Origin: an uncultured archaeon
GTDB taxonomy: Archaea; Aenigmatarchaeota; Aenigmatarchaeia; GW2011-AR5
NCBI GenBank assembly: GCA_964373695.1
Contig: CAYJVT010000005.1
Span: 21,628-57,909 of the forward strand
Reading direction: 5' to 3'
Length of the DNA stretch: 36,282 bases
Part shown: positions 23,732 through 32,237 of the stretch, piece by piece
Position numbering within the stretch: position 1 is the stretch's first letter
How the letters are laid out: each line of letters opens with the position of its first letter
The notes under the pieces: model-generated
Database searches by the model: none
What the model was told of the DNA's origin: nothing
What the model saw: only the letters and a program-made list of their open reading frames with translations
Translations under genes and position numbers: made by a program

Positions 23732-24399
23732 AGGAGCGAATATTCATACAGAAAGCGAAGGAGCATATAGGACTCGAGGAGTTCATACGCTCCCAGTTCA
23801 GGCAGGCTAAGGTCGGGGACATCGAGATACAGCACACGCCTGTTGTCACCAGGATAGTGCTCTACACGACGACTCCAGGCCTCATCATAGGCAGCGGCGG
23901 GGAGCGCATAAAGGAAATGGCGGAAATCATAAAGGACAAATACAAGATCGACAACCCGCAGATAGATGTCCAGAAGATAGAGGAAGCCGATCTGGACTCG
24001 ACGATAGTCGCGCAGTCAATAGCAAACCAGATAGAGGGCGGCGTCAACTACAAGAGGCTGGGGAATTATTACCTCGACAGGATAATTCAGGCAGGGGCCA
24101 CCGGATGCGAGATAATAATAACAGGAAAGCTTTCCGGCGAGAGGTCCAGGAGGGAGAGGTTCTACGCCGGATACCTGAAGAAGTGCGGCGAGCCGGCAAG
24201 AAGGGAGGTCATGAAGGGCTTCGCACTGGCAAACCCCAAACTGGGAAACATAGGGATAACTGTGAAGATAATGACGACGCGCCCGGACAATATTATGAGC
24301 ATAAAGGAGCCGCAGAATCCAGAACCTGCAAAGGCCGGACAAAAGGAGAAGACGAAAGATGGCAATACTCAAGATGAAGAAGATAAGGGAAATGAGTGA
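23728..24399 (+). CDS. rps3: 30S ribosomal protein S3 (uS3)
   Basis: TPVVTRI, PGLIIGSGG.RI, GATGCEI..TGKL.GER and GNIGITVKI. Confidence 0.96.
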   Translation: MKERIFIQKAKEHIGLEEFIRSQFRQAKVGDIEIQHTPVVTRIVLYTTTPGLIIGSGGERIKEMAEIIKDKYKIDNPQIDVQKIEEADLDSTIVAQSIANQIEGGVNYKRLGNYYLDRIIQAGATGCEIIITGKLSGERSRRERFYAGYLKKCGEPARREVMKGFALANPKLGNIGITVKIMTTRPDNIMSIKEPQNPEPAKAGQKEKTKDGNTQDEEDKGNE

Positions 24400-24583
24400 G
24401 AAAGAGCTCGAAGAGAAGAGAAGGGAGCTGATGCTCGAGAAGTCAAAGGAGATAGCGTCGGCCGAGATAGGCGGCACCGTGAAGAATCCCGGAAGGATAC
24501 GCGAGATAAGGAGGACAATTGCCAGGATGAAGACGCACGCATCCGCGAAAGCCGGCGAAAAGGGAAGAGGTGGTATTAAGTAA
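24359..24583 (+). CDS. rpl29: 50S ribosomal protein L29 (uL29)
   Basis: MAILKMKKIREMS...NPGRIREIRRTIARMKT. Confidence 0.95.
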   Translation: MAILKMKKIREMSEKELEEKRRELMLEKSKEIASAEIGGTVKNPGRIREIRRTIARMKTHASAKAGEKGRGGIK

Positions 24584-24885
24584 TGGTATGCCCCAAGTGC
24601 GGCCTTCCGGAGGAACTTTGCGTCTGCGAGATCATAGCAAAGGAAGTCCAGAAAATAAAGATAACCTTCATGCAGAAAAGGTACGGAAAGTACGTTACCA
24701 TCATAAGGGGAATCGACCCGAAGAAGATAGACGTGAAGGAGCTCATGAGGAAGCTGAAGTCGAAGCTCGCATGCGGCGGCACGTACAAGAACGGCGAAAT
24801 AGAGCTCCAGGGCGAGCACAGGGAAAGGGTGAAGAAAATACTGATAGAGGAAGGCTTCCAGAAGGACATAATCGAGGTGGCCTGA
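24583..24885 (+). CDS. Translation initiation factor SUI1/aIF1 (stress response YciH-like)
   Basis: CPKCGLPEELCVCE, KRYGKYVT, LKSKLACGGT and IELQGEH. Confidence 0.96.
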   Translation: MVCPKCGLPEELCVCEIIAKEVQKIKITFMQKRYGKYVTIIRGIDPKKIDVKELMRKLKSKLACGGTYKNGEIELQGEHRERVKKILIEEGFQKDIIEVA

Positions 24886-25160
24886 TGAGGACGCCCGAAA
24901 ACATACTGATGCACGAGCTCATAGGGCTCAAGTGTGAGGTAATGGCGTCCCTCAACAAGTCCCAGACAGGGATTTCCGGGAGCATCGCCGACGAGACGAT
25001 GAAAAGCATCGTCATCGAGAGCCCTGACGGAAGGAAGACGGTGCCGAAAAACGGCACGATATTCCGTGTCTCGTCGGGTTCGTGGAAGGCCGACATCGAC
25101 GGCAGCGCGATAGTTGCAAGAAGCGAGGACAGGATAAAGAAAAGGATTTCAAGATGGTGA
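24885..25160 (+). CDS. rnp1: Ribonuclease P protein subunit Rpp29 (Rnp1/POP4)
   Basis: HELIGL, GISG.I.DET, VPK.GT.F and IDG.AI..R.EDRI. Confidence 0.92.
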   Translation: MRTPENILMHELIGLKCEVMASLNKSQTGISGSIADETMKSIVIESPDGRKTVPKNGTIFRVSSGSWKADIDGSAIVARSEDRIKKRISRW

Positions 25161-25224
25161 AAATCTGTGGGGAATTGAAAATTCTCCAAGACATTCAAAA
25201 CGGAATTAGAGGTGTTTTGAAAAT
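25158..25224 (+). repeat. Start-codon-associated insert, copy 4, flanked by tgaaaat
   Basis: tgaaaat at 25158-64 and 25218-24; hairpin GGGGAATT-GAA-AATTCTCC, then ATTCAAAACGGAAT..AGGTGTTT. Confidence 0.7.
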
Positions 25225-25566
25225 ATGGCAAAGAAAAAAGTCAATGATATCGGGATAGAAGCCAAGGCTCCGGCCGGAGCCTGTGATGGCGAGAAGTGCC
25301 CCTGGCACGGGCGGCTGAAGATACGCGGCAGGATATTCGAGGGAAAAATCGTCTCGAGCAAGCCGTCCAACACGGCCATAATCTCGTGGAACTACTACAA
25401 TTACGTGCCGAAATACGAGAGATACGAGAGGAGAAAGACGAAGATAGAATCCCACAACCCGAAGTGCATAGACGCCAGGGCCGGCGACACGGTAAGGATA
25501 GGGGAATGCAGGCCGCTTTCCAAGTCGAAGAGATTCGTCGTGTTTGAGAAGGTGCTGGAAGAATGA
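25225..25566 (+). CDS. rps17: 30S ribosomal protein S17 (uS17)
   Basis: CPWHG.LKIRG, PKYERYERR and AGDTV.IGECRPLSKSKRFVV. Confidence 0.97.
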   Translation: MAKKKVNDIGIEAKAPAGACDGEKCPWHGRLKIRGRIFEGKIVSSKPSNTAIISWNYYNYVPKYERYERRKTKIESHNPKCIDARAGDTVRIGECRPLSKSKRFVVFEKVLEE

Positions 25567-25964
25567 AAGCGATAACATCGAACGTTGTAAAAGGAATACC
25601 GCTCAAGTCGAGGCTCGTATGCGCCGACAATTCCGGGGCAAAGGAGCTGGAACTCATAGCCGTAAAAGGATACAAAGGAAGGCTGCGAAGGCTCCCGAAG
25701 GCCGGAGTGGGCGACGTCATAATATGCAGCGTCAAGAAAGGAAAGGAAAAGATAAGGAAGACGGTTGTTTATGCCGTCATAGTAAGGCAGAGAAAGGAGT
25801 ACATACGCATGGACGGCTCCAGGGTGAAGTTCGAGGACAACGCGGCAATACTCGTGAACCCCAAAACTTTCGAGCCCCAGGGCACGGAGATACGCACTGT
25901 CATAGCGAAGGAGGCCGTTGAAAGGTTCTCGGCTATAGGGAAGATAGCCAGCGTGGTGCTGTGA
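25563..25964 (+). CDS. rpl14: 50S ribosomal protein L14 (uL14)
   Basis: CADNSGAK, AGVGD, VIVRQRKEY and FEDNAA. Confidence 0.97.
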   Translation: MKAITSNVVKGIPLKSRLVCADNSGAKELELIAVKGYKGRLRRLPKAGVGDVIICSVKKGKEKIRKTVVYAVIVRQRKEYIRMDGSRVKFEDNAAILVNPKTFEPQGTEIRTVIAKEAVERFSAIGKIASVVL

Positions 25965-25969
25965 TAATA

Positions 25970-26365
25970 ATGAAAAAGACATACTCTCCTGCGTGGAAGA
26001 GCAGCATCCAGAGAAGGAAGCAGAGGAAATACAGGTACAACGCGCCGCTCCATGCCAGGCATGCGATGCTCTCGGCCCACCTCAGCAAGGAGCTCCGGAA
26101 GGAGCTGGGCTTCCGCTCCATGCCCCTGAGGAAGGGCGACGAAGTGACGATCATGAACGGCGAAAACAGAAAGATGAAGGGAAGCATAATGAGAGTGGAC
26201 ATGAAAAATCTGAAGGTGTATGTTGAGGGGATAAAAAAAAGGAAGGTCTCGGGCCAGGAAGTCGAAATTCCGCTTGAGCCGAGCAACCTCAAGATTACAA
26301 GGCTAAACCTCGAGGACCCGAAAAGAAAGAAAATTGTCGAGAGGAAAAAAGGAGCAGCCAAATAG
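25970..26365 (+). CDS. rpl24: 50S ribosomal protein L24 (uL24)
   Basis: S.QRRKQRKY.YNAPLH, LRKGDEV and EPSNL.IT.LNLED..R. Confidence 0.96.
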   Translation: MKKTYSPAWKSSIQRRKQRKYRYNAPLHARHAMLSAHLSKELRKELGFRSMPLRKGDEVTIMNGENRKMKGSIMRVDMKNLKVYVEGIKKRKVSGQEVEIPLEPSNLKITRLNLEDPKRKKIVERKKGAAK

Positions 26366-26375
26366 GGGTGTTTGA

Positions 26376-27071
26376 ATGACTCAGCTAAAAAGACTCAAGG
26401 CGCCAAGCTTCTGGCCCATAGAGAGAAAAAACAAGAAATACATAGTCCCGCCAGTGCCCGGCGCCCATTCCGTCCAGAACTCGATGCCTCTCGGGCTCAT
26501 CCTGAGGGACGTGCTGAAGTGCTCGAAGACGATGAAGGAGGCAAGATACGTACTCAGCAGGGGGCTTGTCAGCATAGACGGCCTGAAGAAGAAAAACAAG
26601 AACTTCGGCGCAGGCGTCATGGATGTTCTGAAGGTTGGCGACGACTCTTACAGGATAATACCCAGCAAGGCCGGGTTCAAGTTCCAGAAAGTCAGCGGGG
26701 AGGAGGCCACTTTCAAGCTCATGAGAGTAAGGAACAAGAAGAGCCTTCGAGGGAAGAAGGTTCAGGTAAATTTTCATGACGGCAGGAACATGATAGTTGA
26801 CAAGGACGAATTCAAGACAGGCGACGTCGTCGTCTTCGACTTCCAGAAGAAGGCGATAAGGCAGAAAATAAAGTTCGAGAAAGGCTCGACCATAGTCGTC
26901 CTGAAGGGGCACAGCCGCGGGGCTGTCGGGAAGATAGACGGGATAAAAACGACGAAAAGCTCCAAGCCAAACGAGGTCACAGTAAGCATAGGCTCCGGCA
27001 GCATCGTGCTCCCGAAAGATTACGTCTTTGTAATAGGGCACGAGAAGCCTGTCATCACTATGGGTGAGTAA
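26376..27071 (+). CDS. rps4e: 30S ribosomal protein S4e (eS4)
   Basis: LKRLKAP.FWPI.RK, PGAH, PL.LILRD, NFHDGRN and DYVFVIG. Confidence 0.96.
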   Translation: MTQLKRLKAPSFWPIERKNKKYIVPPVPGAHSVQNSMPLGLILRDVLKCSKTMKEARYVLSRGLVSIDGLKKKNKNFGAGVMDVLKVGDDSYRIIPSKAGFKFQKVSGEEATFKLMRVRNKKSLRGKKVQVNFHDGRNMIVDKDEFKTGDVVVFDFQKKAIRQKIKFEKGSTIVVLKGHSRGAVGKIDGIKTTKSSKPNEVTVSIGSGSIVLPKDYVFVIGHEKPVITMGE

Positions 27072-27074
27072 GGA

Positions 27075-27569
27075 ATGAACAAAATGATCGATATAAGGGT
27101 AGAGAAAATAACGCTGAACATAGGCTGCGGAACGGACACGCCGGTGAACGTCGCCAGGCAGGTCCTTGAGAGGATAACCGGGAAGAAGGTCGTGACTACG
27201 AGAACCAGGAAGAGGACGACCTTCAACGTCCCGAAGAACAAGGACATAGGCTGCAAGACGACGATACGCAGCGGCTCCGAGGAGTTCCTCAGGAGGATGC
27301 TGGAGGCAGTGGACAACAGGCTGAAGGAGAACAGCTTCGACAGCACCGGGAACTTCTCCTTCGGCATAAAGGGCTACATAGACATACCGCAGATGGAATA
27401 CGACCCCAAGATCGGCGTCATGGGGCTGGACGTATGCGTGACGCTGGAGAGGCCCGGCTACAGGGTGAAGAGGAAGAAGCTGTCGAAGAAGCTCGGGAAG
27501 TCCCACGTCATAAAAAAATCTGACGCGGTTGACTACATGAGGAACAAGTTCGGGGTTACAATAGCGTGA
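27075..27569 (+). CDS. rpl5: 50S ribosomal protein L5 (uL5)
   Basis: [29 protein letters not shown] and [15 protein letters not shown]. Confidence 0.96.
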   Translation: MNKMIDIRVEKITLNIGCGTDTPVNVARQVLERITGKKVVTTRTRKRTTFNVPKNKDIGCKTTIRSGSEEFLRRMLEAVDNRLKENSFDSTGNFSFGIKGYIDIPQMEYDPKIGVMGLDVCVTLERPGYRVKRKKLSKKLGKSHVIKKSDAVDYMRNKFGVTIA

Positions 27570-27579
27570 CGGTGGTAGA

Positions 27580-27741
27580 ATGGTCAGAACGAAAGCGATA
27601 AAAAGAAAATATGGAAAAGGCTCCAAGGTTTGCATCAGGTGCGGGAGCATGAAAGGCATAATAAGCAAGTACAACCTCAAGTACTGCAGGCGGTGCTTCA
27701 GGGAGGTTGCGCCGCAGATCGGGTTCAATAAATACAGGTGA
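27580..27741 (+). CDS. rps14: 30S ribosomal protein S14 (uS14, Zn-binding type)
   Basis: Translated by hand: [53 protein letters not shown]. Confidence 0.95.
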   Translation: MVRTKAIKRKYGKGSKVCIRCGSMKGIISKYNLKYCRRCFREVAPQIGFNKYR

Positions 27742-27745
27742 CGTT

Positions 27746-28117
27746 ATGGCAAAAATAATGATTGTAGAGGATGAGGAACAATATATGGCACAGATAGCAG
27801 GAATAGTTACCGGTTCAGGACATGAACCATTACCTTTCAGCGGATACAAGCAGGCGCTGGAGGCTTACGGTACAGAAAGACCTGACATGGTTATAACAGA
27901 TTACACAGGAGATTACTCAGGATTTCCGCTTGGAGGTATTACAGTGGCAGCCGAAATAAGAAGAAGAGGAGATACGATTCCGATTTACGTTCAAAGCCGA
28001 GCACCGGTTCCTTTACACGAGTTGAATTACTGCAAGGCGACAGGATTCATACCAAAATCAGAGCTTGGTACAAGGCTTCCTGCCGTTCTTGCGGAGCATT
28101 TTGGTGGTAGCGAATGA
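27746..28117 (+). CDS. Stand-alone CheY-like response-regulator receiver domain
   Basis: KIMIVEDEE (acidic pair), PDMVITD (phosphoacceptor), YVQS (S/T) and FIPK (K); ATG 27746 follows an aggtga SD. Confidence 0.88.
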   Translation: MAKIMIVEDEEQYMAQIAGIVTGSGHEPLPFSGYKQALEAYGTERPDMVITDYTGDYSGFPLGGITVAAEIRRRGDTIPIYVQSRAPVPLHELNYCKATGFIPKSELGTRLPAVLAEHFGGSE

Positions 28118-28500
28118 GACATGACATACTTTCGGACGTGCTGTACGTGATGAACAATGCGGAAAATATAGGCAAAGCTACCTGCACCATTCCGGCCTCG
28201 AACCTCGTCAAGAACGTCCTGAAGGTGCTGCAGAAGGAGAACTACATAGGGAGCTTCGAGTTCGCCGACGACGGCAAGTCCGGCCACTTCGTTGTCGAGC
28301 TCATAGGGAAGATAAACTTCTCGAGGTCCATAAAGCCCAGGTTCTTCGTCAAGAGGGATGACTACGAGAAATGGGAGAAGAGATACCTGCCTGCAAAGGG
28401 CTACGGCGTCATGATAATATCGACGTCGAAAGGCGTGATGAGCCAGAAGGAGGCGGAAGGCATGGGGATAGGGGGCCGCCTTCTCGGGTATGTTTACTGA
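28114..28500 (+). CDS. rps8: 30S ribosomal protein S8 (uS8)
   Basis: D.LSD.L..MNNAE, YIGSFE..DDGK.G, LPAKGYG..IISTSKGVM and GGRLLGYVY. Confidence 0.97.
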   Translation: MRHDILSDVLYVMNNAENIGKATCTIPASNLVKNVLKVLQKENYIGSFEFADDGKSGHFVVELIGKINFSRSIKPRFFVKRDDYEKWEKRYLPAKGYGVMIISTSKGVMSQKEAEGMGIGGRLLGYVY

Positions 28501-28509
28501 GTGATATGA

Positions 28510-29061
28510 ATGGAGTACACAGCGCAGATTCCGGACGGAGTGCAGGTTTCAGTCAGCGGGAGCGAGGTCTCCGTAAAGGGCCCGCGCGGCGAGCTGAAGA
28601 GGGACTTCGGCGACCCAAGATACGACACGGAGCTGGTAATGTCGGTTTCCGGGGACAAGTTCTCCGCGAAGACTGAGTCCAAAAGGAGGAAAGTCTACGC
28701 AATGGCAGGCACCATAGCAGGCCACGTCAAGAACATGTGCCTCGGCGTCACGAAGGGCTACAAGTACACCATGAAGATAGTCTACACCCATTTCCCGATA
28801 ACACTATCCTTGAAAGACGGGCATGTCGAGGTGAAGAACTTCCTCAGCGAGAAGGGCGTGAGGAGAGGAAAGATAATGGGCGATTCCGAAGTGAAGTTCG
28901 ACAAGGAATCAGTGACGATAACAGGGAACGACCTGGAGCACGTCAGCCAGACGGCCGCCAACATAGAGCAGTCGTGCAGGCTGTCAAGACGGGACAGGAG
29001 AATCTTCATAGACGGCATATACGTGTCCGGAAAGATGCTGGCCACAGGCGAGAAAATATAG
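28510..29061 (+). CDS. rpl6: 50S ribosomal protein L6 (uL6)
   Basis: VKGPRGEL, YKYTMKIVYTHFP, KNFL.EK and DRRIFIDGIY. Confidence 0.96.
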   Translation: MEYTAQIPDGVQVSVSGSEVSVKGPRGELKRDFGDPRYDTELVMSVSGDKFSAKTESKRRKVYAMAGTIAGHVKNMCLGVTKGYKYTMKIVYTHFPITLSLKDGHVEVKNFLSEKGVRRGKIMGDSEVKFDKESVTITGNDLEHVSQTAANIEQSCRLSRRDRRIFIDGIYVSGKMLATGEKI

Positions 29062-29071
29062 GGTGATTATA

Positions 29072-29524
29072 ATGAGCAAAAGATTCAAGTCGCAGGATTA
29101 TTTCAGGTATCCGCGCCTCGGAATCAAGTGGAGAAAACCCAAAGGCCTCCAGAGCAAGCTGCGCCTGAAGAAGAAAGGCGCGGGCATGCTTGTTGATGTA
29201 GGATACGGCACCAGCCGCGCGAAGAGGAATACGATAAACGGGCTCAGATACGCCGTCGTCTCAAATGCGAAGCAGCTCGACTCGACGGACTCCAAAGCCG
29301 TCATAATATCATCTGCAACAGGCGCGAGGAAGGCCCTCGAGATATCCGAAAAGGCCGCGGGCCTTGGAATAAAGATACTGAACATGAAGAAAGTCAGGAG
29401 GTCCCGCAGGATACTGAGTAATATCAAGGAGAGGAAGACGGCGCCGAGGAAGGAAAAAAAGGAAGCGGAGAAGAAGGATGAGGCGCCAAAGAAGAAAGAG
29501 GCAGCAGCGGAGGAGAATAAATAA
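29072..29524 (+). CDS. rpl32e: 50S ribosomal protein L32e (eL32)
   Basis: FKSQDYFRY.RL..KWRKPKG.QSK and GY; Lys/Glu-rich C-terminal tail. Confidence 0.93.
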   Translation: MSKRFKSQDYFRYPRLGIKWRKPKGLQSKLRLKKKGAGMLVDVGYGTSRAKRNTINGLRYAVVSNAKQLDSTDSKAVIISSATGARKALEISEKAAGLGIKILNMKKVRRSRRILSNIKERKTAPRKEKKEAEKKDEAPKKKEAAAEENK

Positions 29525-29688
29525 TGTTCATAGTCTTCGGAAGCGGAAAATGCCCGCTTTGCGGGGACTTCGGGACTGAACTTTCAAAAGAAATATACAA
29601 GTGCGAGAAATGCCTTGTAGCATTCAACAACTTCGGCATATCCTCGCAGTCAGAGGCAAGGCAGGCGGAAACGAAATACTGGAACTGA
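29524..29688 (+). CDS. 54-aa Zn-ribbon protein between rpl32e and rpl19e
   Basis: Translated by hand: MFIVFGSGKCPLCGDFGTELSKEIYKCEKCLVAFNNFG...KYWN; TAATG overlap with the rpl32e stop. Confidence 0.75.
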   Translation: MFIVFGSGKCPLCGDFGTELSKEIYKCEKCLVAFNNFGISSQSEARQAETKYWN

Positions 29689-29705
29689 AATGAGGAAGAG
29701 ACAAC

Positions 29706-30176
29706 ATGGACCTGAAATCACAGAAAATCATGGCATCGAAGACCATGAAATGCGGAAAAAGCAGGGTATGGATAGACCCGACCAGGATAGCCGATGTCTC
29801 GGACGCCATAACGCTTGCCGACATAAGGAAGCTGATATCAGACGGCGTCATAAGAAAGCTCCCTGAAAAGGGGCTGAGCGGCTTCAGGACGAAGAAGAGG
29901 GCGGCCCAGAAGGCGAAGGGCAGGCGGAAGGGCAAGGGCTCAAGAAAAGGCGGCGCAGGGACCAGGCTCCCAAAGAAAAAGACATGGATGAAGAGGATAC
30001 GAGCCATCAGAAAACTCATAAGGCACCTGAAGGACGAAGGGAAGATTGACAACAAGACCTACAGGGACGTCTACGTCAAATCAAAGAGCGGCTTTTTCAG
30101 GAGCAAGTCGCACGTCATGATACATCTTGAAAGGAACGGCCTGCTGAAAGATTCAGGCAAGAAAGAGGAGAAATAA
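29706..30176 (+). CDS. rpl19e: 50S ribosomal protein L19e (eL19)
   Basis: QK.MAS..MKCG..RVWID, GRRKG.GSRKG and WM.RIRAIR. Confidence 0.96.
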   Translation: MDLKSQKIMASKTMKCGKSRVWIDPTRIADVSDAITLADIRKLISDGVIRKLPEKGLSGFRTKKRAAQKAKGRRKGKGSRKGGAGTRLPKKKTWMKRIRAIRKLIRHLKDEGKIDNKTYRDVYVKSKSGFFRSKSHVMIHLERNGLLKDSGKKEEK

Positions 30177-30767
30177 ATGGACCAGTACATAATGTTCAGG
30201 CGCAGAAGGGAGAAAAGGACAGACTACAGGCAGAGGCTTGCCCTCCTGAAATCGAAAAAGACCAGGATGATAATAAGACGTTCCCTGAATAACATAAGAA
30301 TCCAGTTCATTAACTTGGGCCCCTCAGGCGACATCGTCGTGGCTGAGATGACGTCGAAGGGCCTGTCCAAATACGGATGGAACTGCCACAGTGCAAACCT
30401 TCCGGCTTCATATCTCACCGGATATCTTGCCGGCGCCGAAGCCGCGTCAAGAGGCGTCAAGGATGCAATCGTTGACATAGGCCTGCAAAATTCCGTCAGG
30501 TCTTCCAGCCTCTATTGCGCCGCGGCCGGTGCCAAGGATGCCGGAATAACCATAAACGTCGGGAAGGAAGTATTGCCGCCAAAGGACAGGATAAGCGGGA
30601 AACACATAGCCGACTACGCGGCGAAGATAAAAAACAGCCCCGCATACCAGAGGCAGTTCTCATCTTATTTAAAGAAAGGAATCAACCCTGAAAAAATAGG
30701 CGAGATGTTCAGCCACGTGAAATCAGAGATAGCCGCCAAATACGGCATAAAGAACGGGAAGGAATGA
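30177..30767 (+). CDS. rpl18: 50S ribosomal protein L18 (uL18)
   Basis: RRRRE.RTDY..RL.LLKS, N.PASYLTG, DIGL and RISG.HIA.YA. Confidence 0.96.
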   Translation: MDQYIMFRRRREKRTDYRQRLALLKSKKTRMIIRRSLNNIRIQFINLGPSGDIVVAEMTSKGLSKYGWNCHSANLPASYLTGYLAGAEAASRGVKDAIVDIGLQNSVRSSSLYCAAAGAKDAGITINVGKEVLPPKDRISGKHIADYAAKIKNSPAYQRQFSSYLKKGINPEKIGEMFSHVKSEIAAKYGIKNGKE

Positions 30768-31504
30768 CAATGACAGAATGGAAACCCAGAACTGAGCTTG
30801 GAAAGCAGGTCGCCGCCGGGAGCATAACACTGGGAGAAATATTCAGCACGGGGAAGAAGATAAAGGAGTCGGAGATAATAGACACGCTGCTTCCGGCCCT
30901 GCAGACAGAGATAATCTTCATAGGCGGCTCCCCGGGAAAGGGCGGGGGAATAAAGAGGACGCCCACGAAAAGGACCGCGAGGATGCACCGCTCCGGAAGG
31001 CGCTACAGGATATCAGCCTTGGCGATAGTGGGCGACGGCAACGGGTACATAGGAGTCGGCGCCTCGCATGCAAAGGAGCACAAGGACGCCATCGACAAGG
31101 CCATATACAACGCCAAACTGAATGTAATACCGGTAAAGAGGGGCTGCGGCTCGTGGGAATGTCACTGCGGCGGGAACCATTCCATACCCATAAGGATAAC
31201 AGGCGGCGAGGGCTCGAACCGCGTCATGCTCATACCGGCGCCGAAGGGCATAGGACTCTGCATAAACGACGAGGCGAAGAAGATACTGAAACTAGCCGGC
31301 GTGCGCGACATATGGTCCAAGTCGTTCGGGGAGAGCAGGACAAGGTCAAATTACACCCTTGCCATATTCAACGCCTTCAGGCGCATGAACATGATGAAAA
31401 CGGAGGCTGTCGTGAAGAGGCCGAAGCCTCCAGAATCGTACGATTATTCTGACGAGGACGAAGACGACAAGTCCCGCAGGAAAAGGAAAGGCGATGAAGA
31501 ATGA
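30764..31504 (+). CDS. rps5: 30S ribosomal protein S5 (uS5)
   Basis: W.PRTELGK, RMH.SGRR, WECHCG..HSIP, PAPKG.GL and GV.DIWS.S.G. Confidence 0.96.
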   Translation: MTMTEWKPRTELGKQVAAGSITLGEIFSTGKKIKESEIIDTLLPALQTEIIFIGGSPGKGGGIKRTPTKRTARMHRSGRRYRISALAIVGDGNGYIGVGASHAKEHKDAIDKAIYNAKLNVIPVKRGCGSWECHCGGNHSIPIRITGGEGSNRVMLIPAPKGIGLCINDEAKKILKLAGVRDIWSKSFGESRTRSNYTLAIFNAFRRMNMMKTEAVVKRPKPPESYDYSDEDEDDKSRRKRKGDEE

Positions 31505-31827
31505 TAGCAGCCATAAGATTGCGCGGTTCGATAAAGGTCGGGAAGGCCATGCTTGACACCATGAGTATGCTGAACCTTGACAGGGTAAACACGCTGAGCA
31601 TCGTGGACGAGAGCCCCTCCACCTTGGGGATGATAAAGAAGGTGGAGAATTTCATAGCATGGGGGGAGATTTCGGACGATGTCATGAAGAAGCTGTCCGG
31701 GAAGAAGGTCGTCCGCCTGCATCCACTCAGGGGCGGCATGAAGTCCGTCAAGAAGAAATACCCAAGCGGCGACCTCGGCTACAGGGGGGCCAAGATAAAC
31801 GACCTCATAGAGAAGATGATATCATGA
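31501..31827 (+). CDS. rpl30: 50S ribosomal protein L30 (uL30), short form
   Basis: IAAIRLRG, DTM.MLNL.RVN, FIAWGE, RLHP.RGG and LGYRG.KINDLI.KM. Confidence 0.95.
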   Translation: MIAAIRLRGSIKVGKAMLDTMSMLNLDRVNTLSIVDESPSTLGMIKKVENFIAWGEISDDVMKKLSGKKVVRLHPLRGGMKSVKKKYPSGDLGYRGAKINDLIEKMIS

Positions 31828-32216
31828 GCGTAAGATTCAGGAAAAAAATCAGGAGGCAGCGCGGAGGCGGCACGCACGGATGGGGAGCCAAGAAAAAACA
31901 CCGCGGAGGCGGCTCCAGGGGCGGCCGCGGCATGTCGGGATACCACAAGCACAAATACTCCTTCGTGGTCAGCAAGGATCCGGAGCATTTCGGCTACAAG
32001 GGCTTCACTTCCATGAAGAAGACGGACAAAACCATCAATATCGACGACATGCAAAGGCTCACCAAGGATAATGCTGTAGACCTTGTTTCAATGAGATACG
32101 GAAAACTCCTGTCCCGCGGAAAAATAGACAAGGCCGTGACGGTCAGGGTGAGGAAGTTCTCGGCCAAGGCCAAGGAAAAGATAGAGGCCGCGGGCGGAAA
32201 GATAGTATCCGAATAG
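31824..32216 (+). CDS. rpl15: 50S ribosomal protein L15 (uL15)
   Basis: RG.GTHGWG..KKHRGGGSRGGRG, KLLSRG and FSAKAKEKIEAAGG. Confidence 0.96.
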   Translation: MSVRFRKKIRRQRGGGTHGWGAKKKHRGGGSRGGRGMSGYHKHKYSFVVSKDPEHFGYKGFTSMKKTDKTINIDDMQRLTKDNAVDLVSMRYGKLLSRGKIDKAVTVRVRKFSAKAKEKIEAAGGKIVSE

Positions 32217-32237
32217 CGCCAAGGGGAAAGGGTGAAA

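Noticed and set aside
25176-25220. Conserved-peptide uORF at the rps17 insert
   Set aside because: The FKTELEVF frame is closed by TGA at 25176-78 with no start; this counts against universal peptide function.
26385-27728. 447-aa minus-strand ORF
   Set aside because: Antisense shadow of rps4e/rpl5/rps14 caused by biased codon usage.
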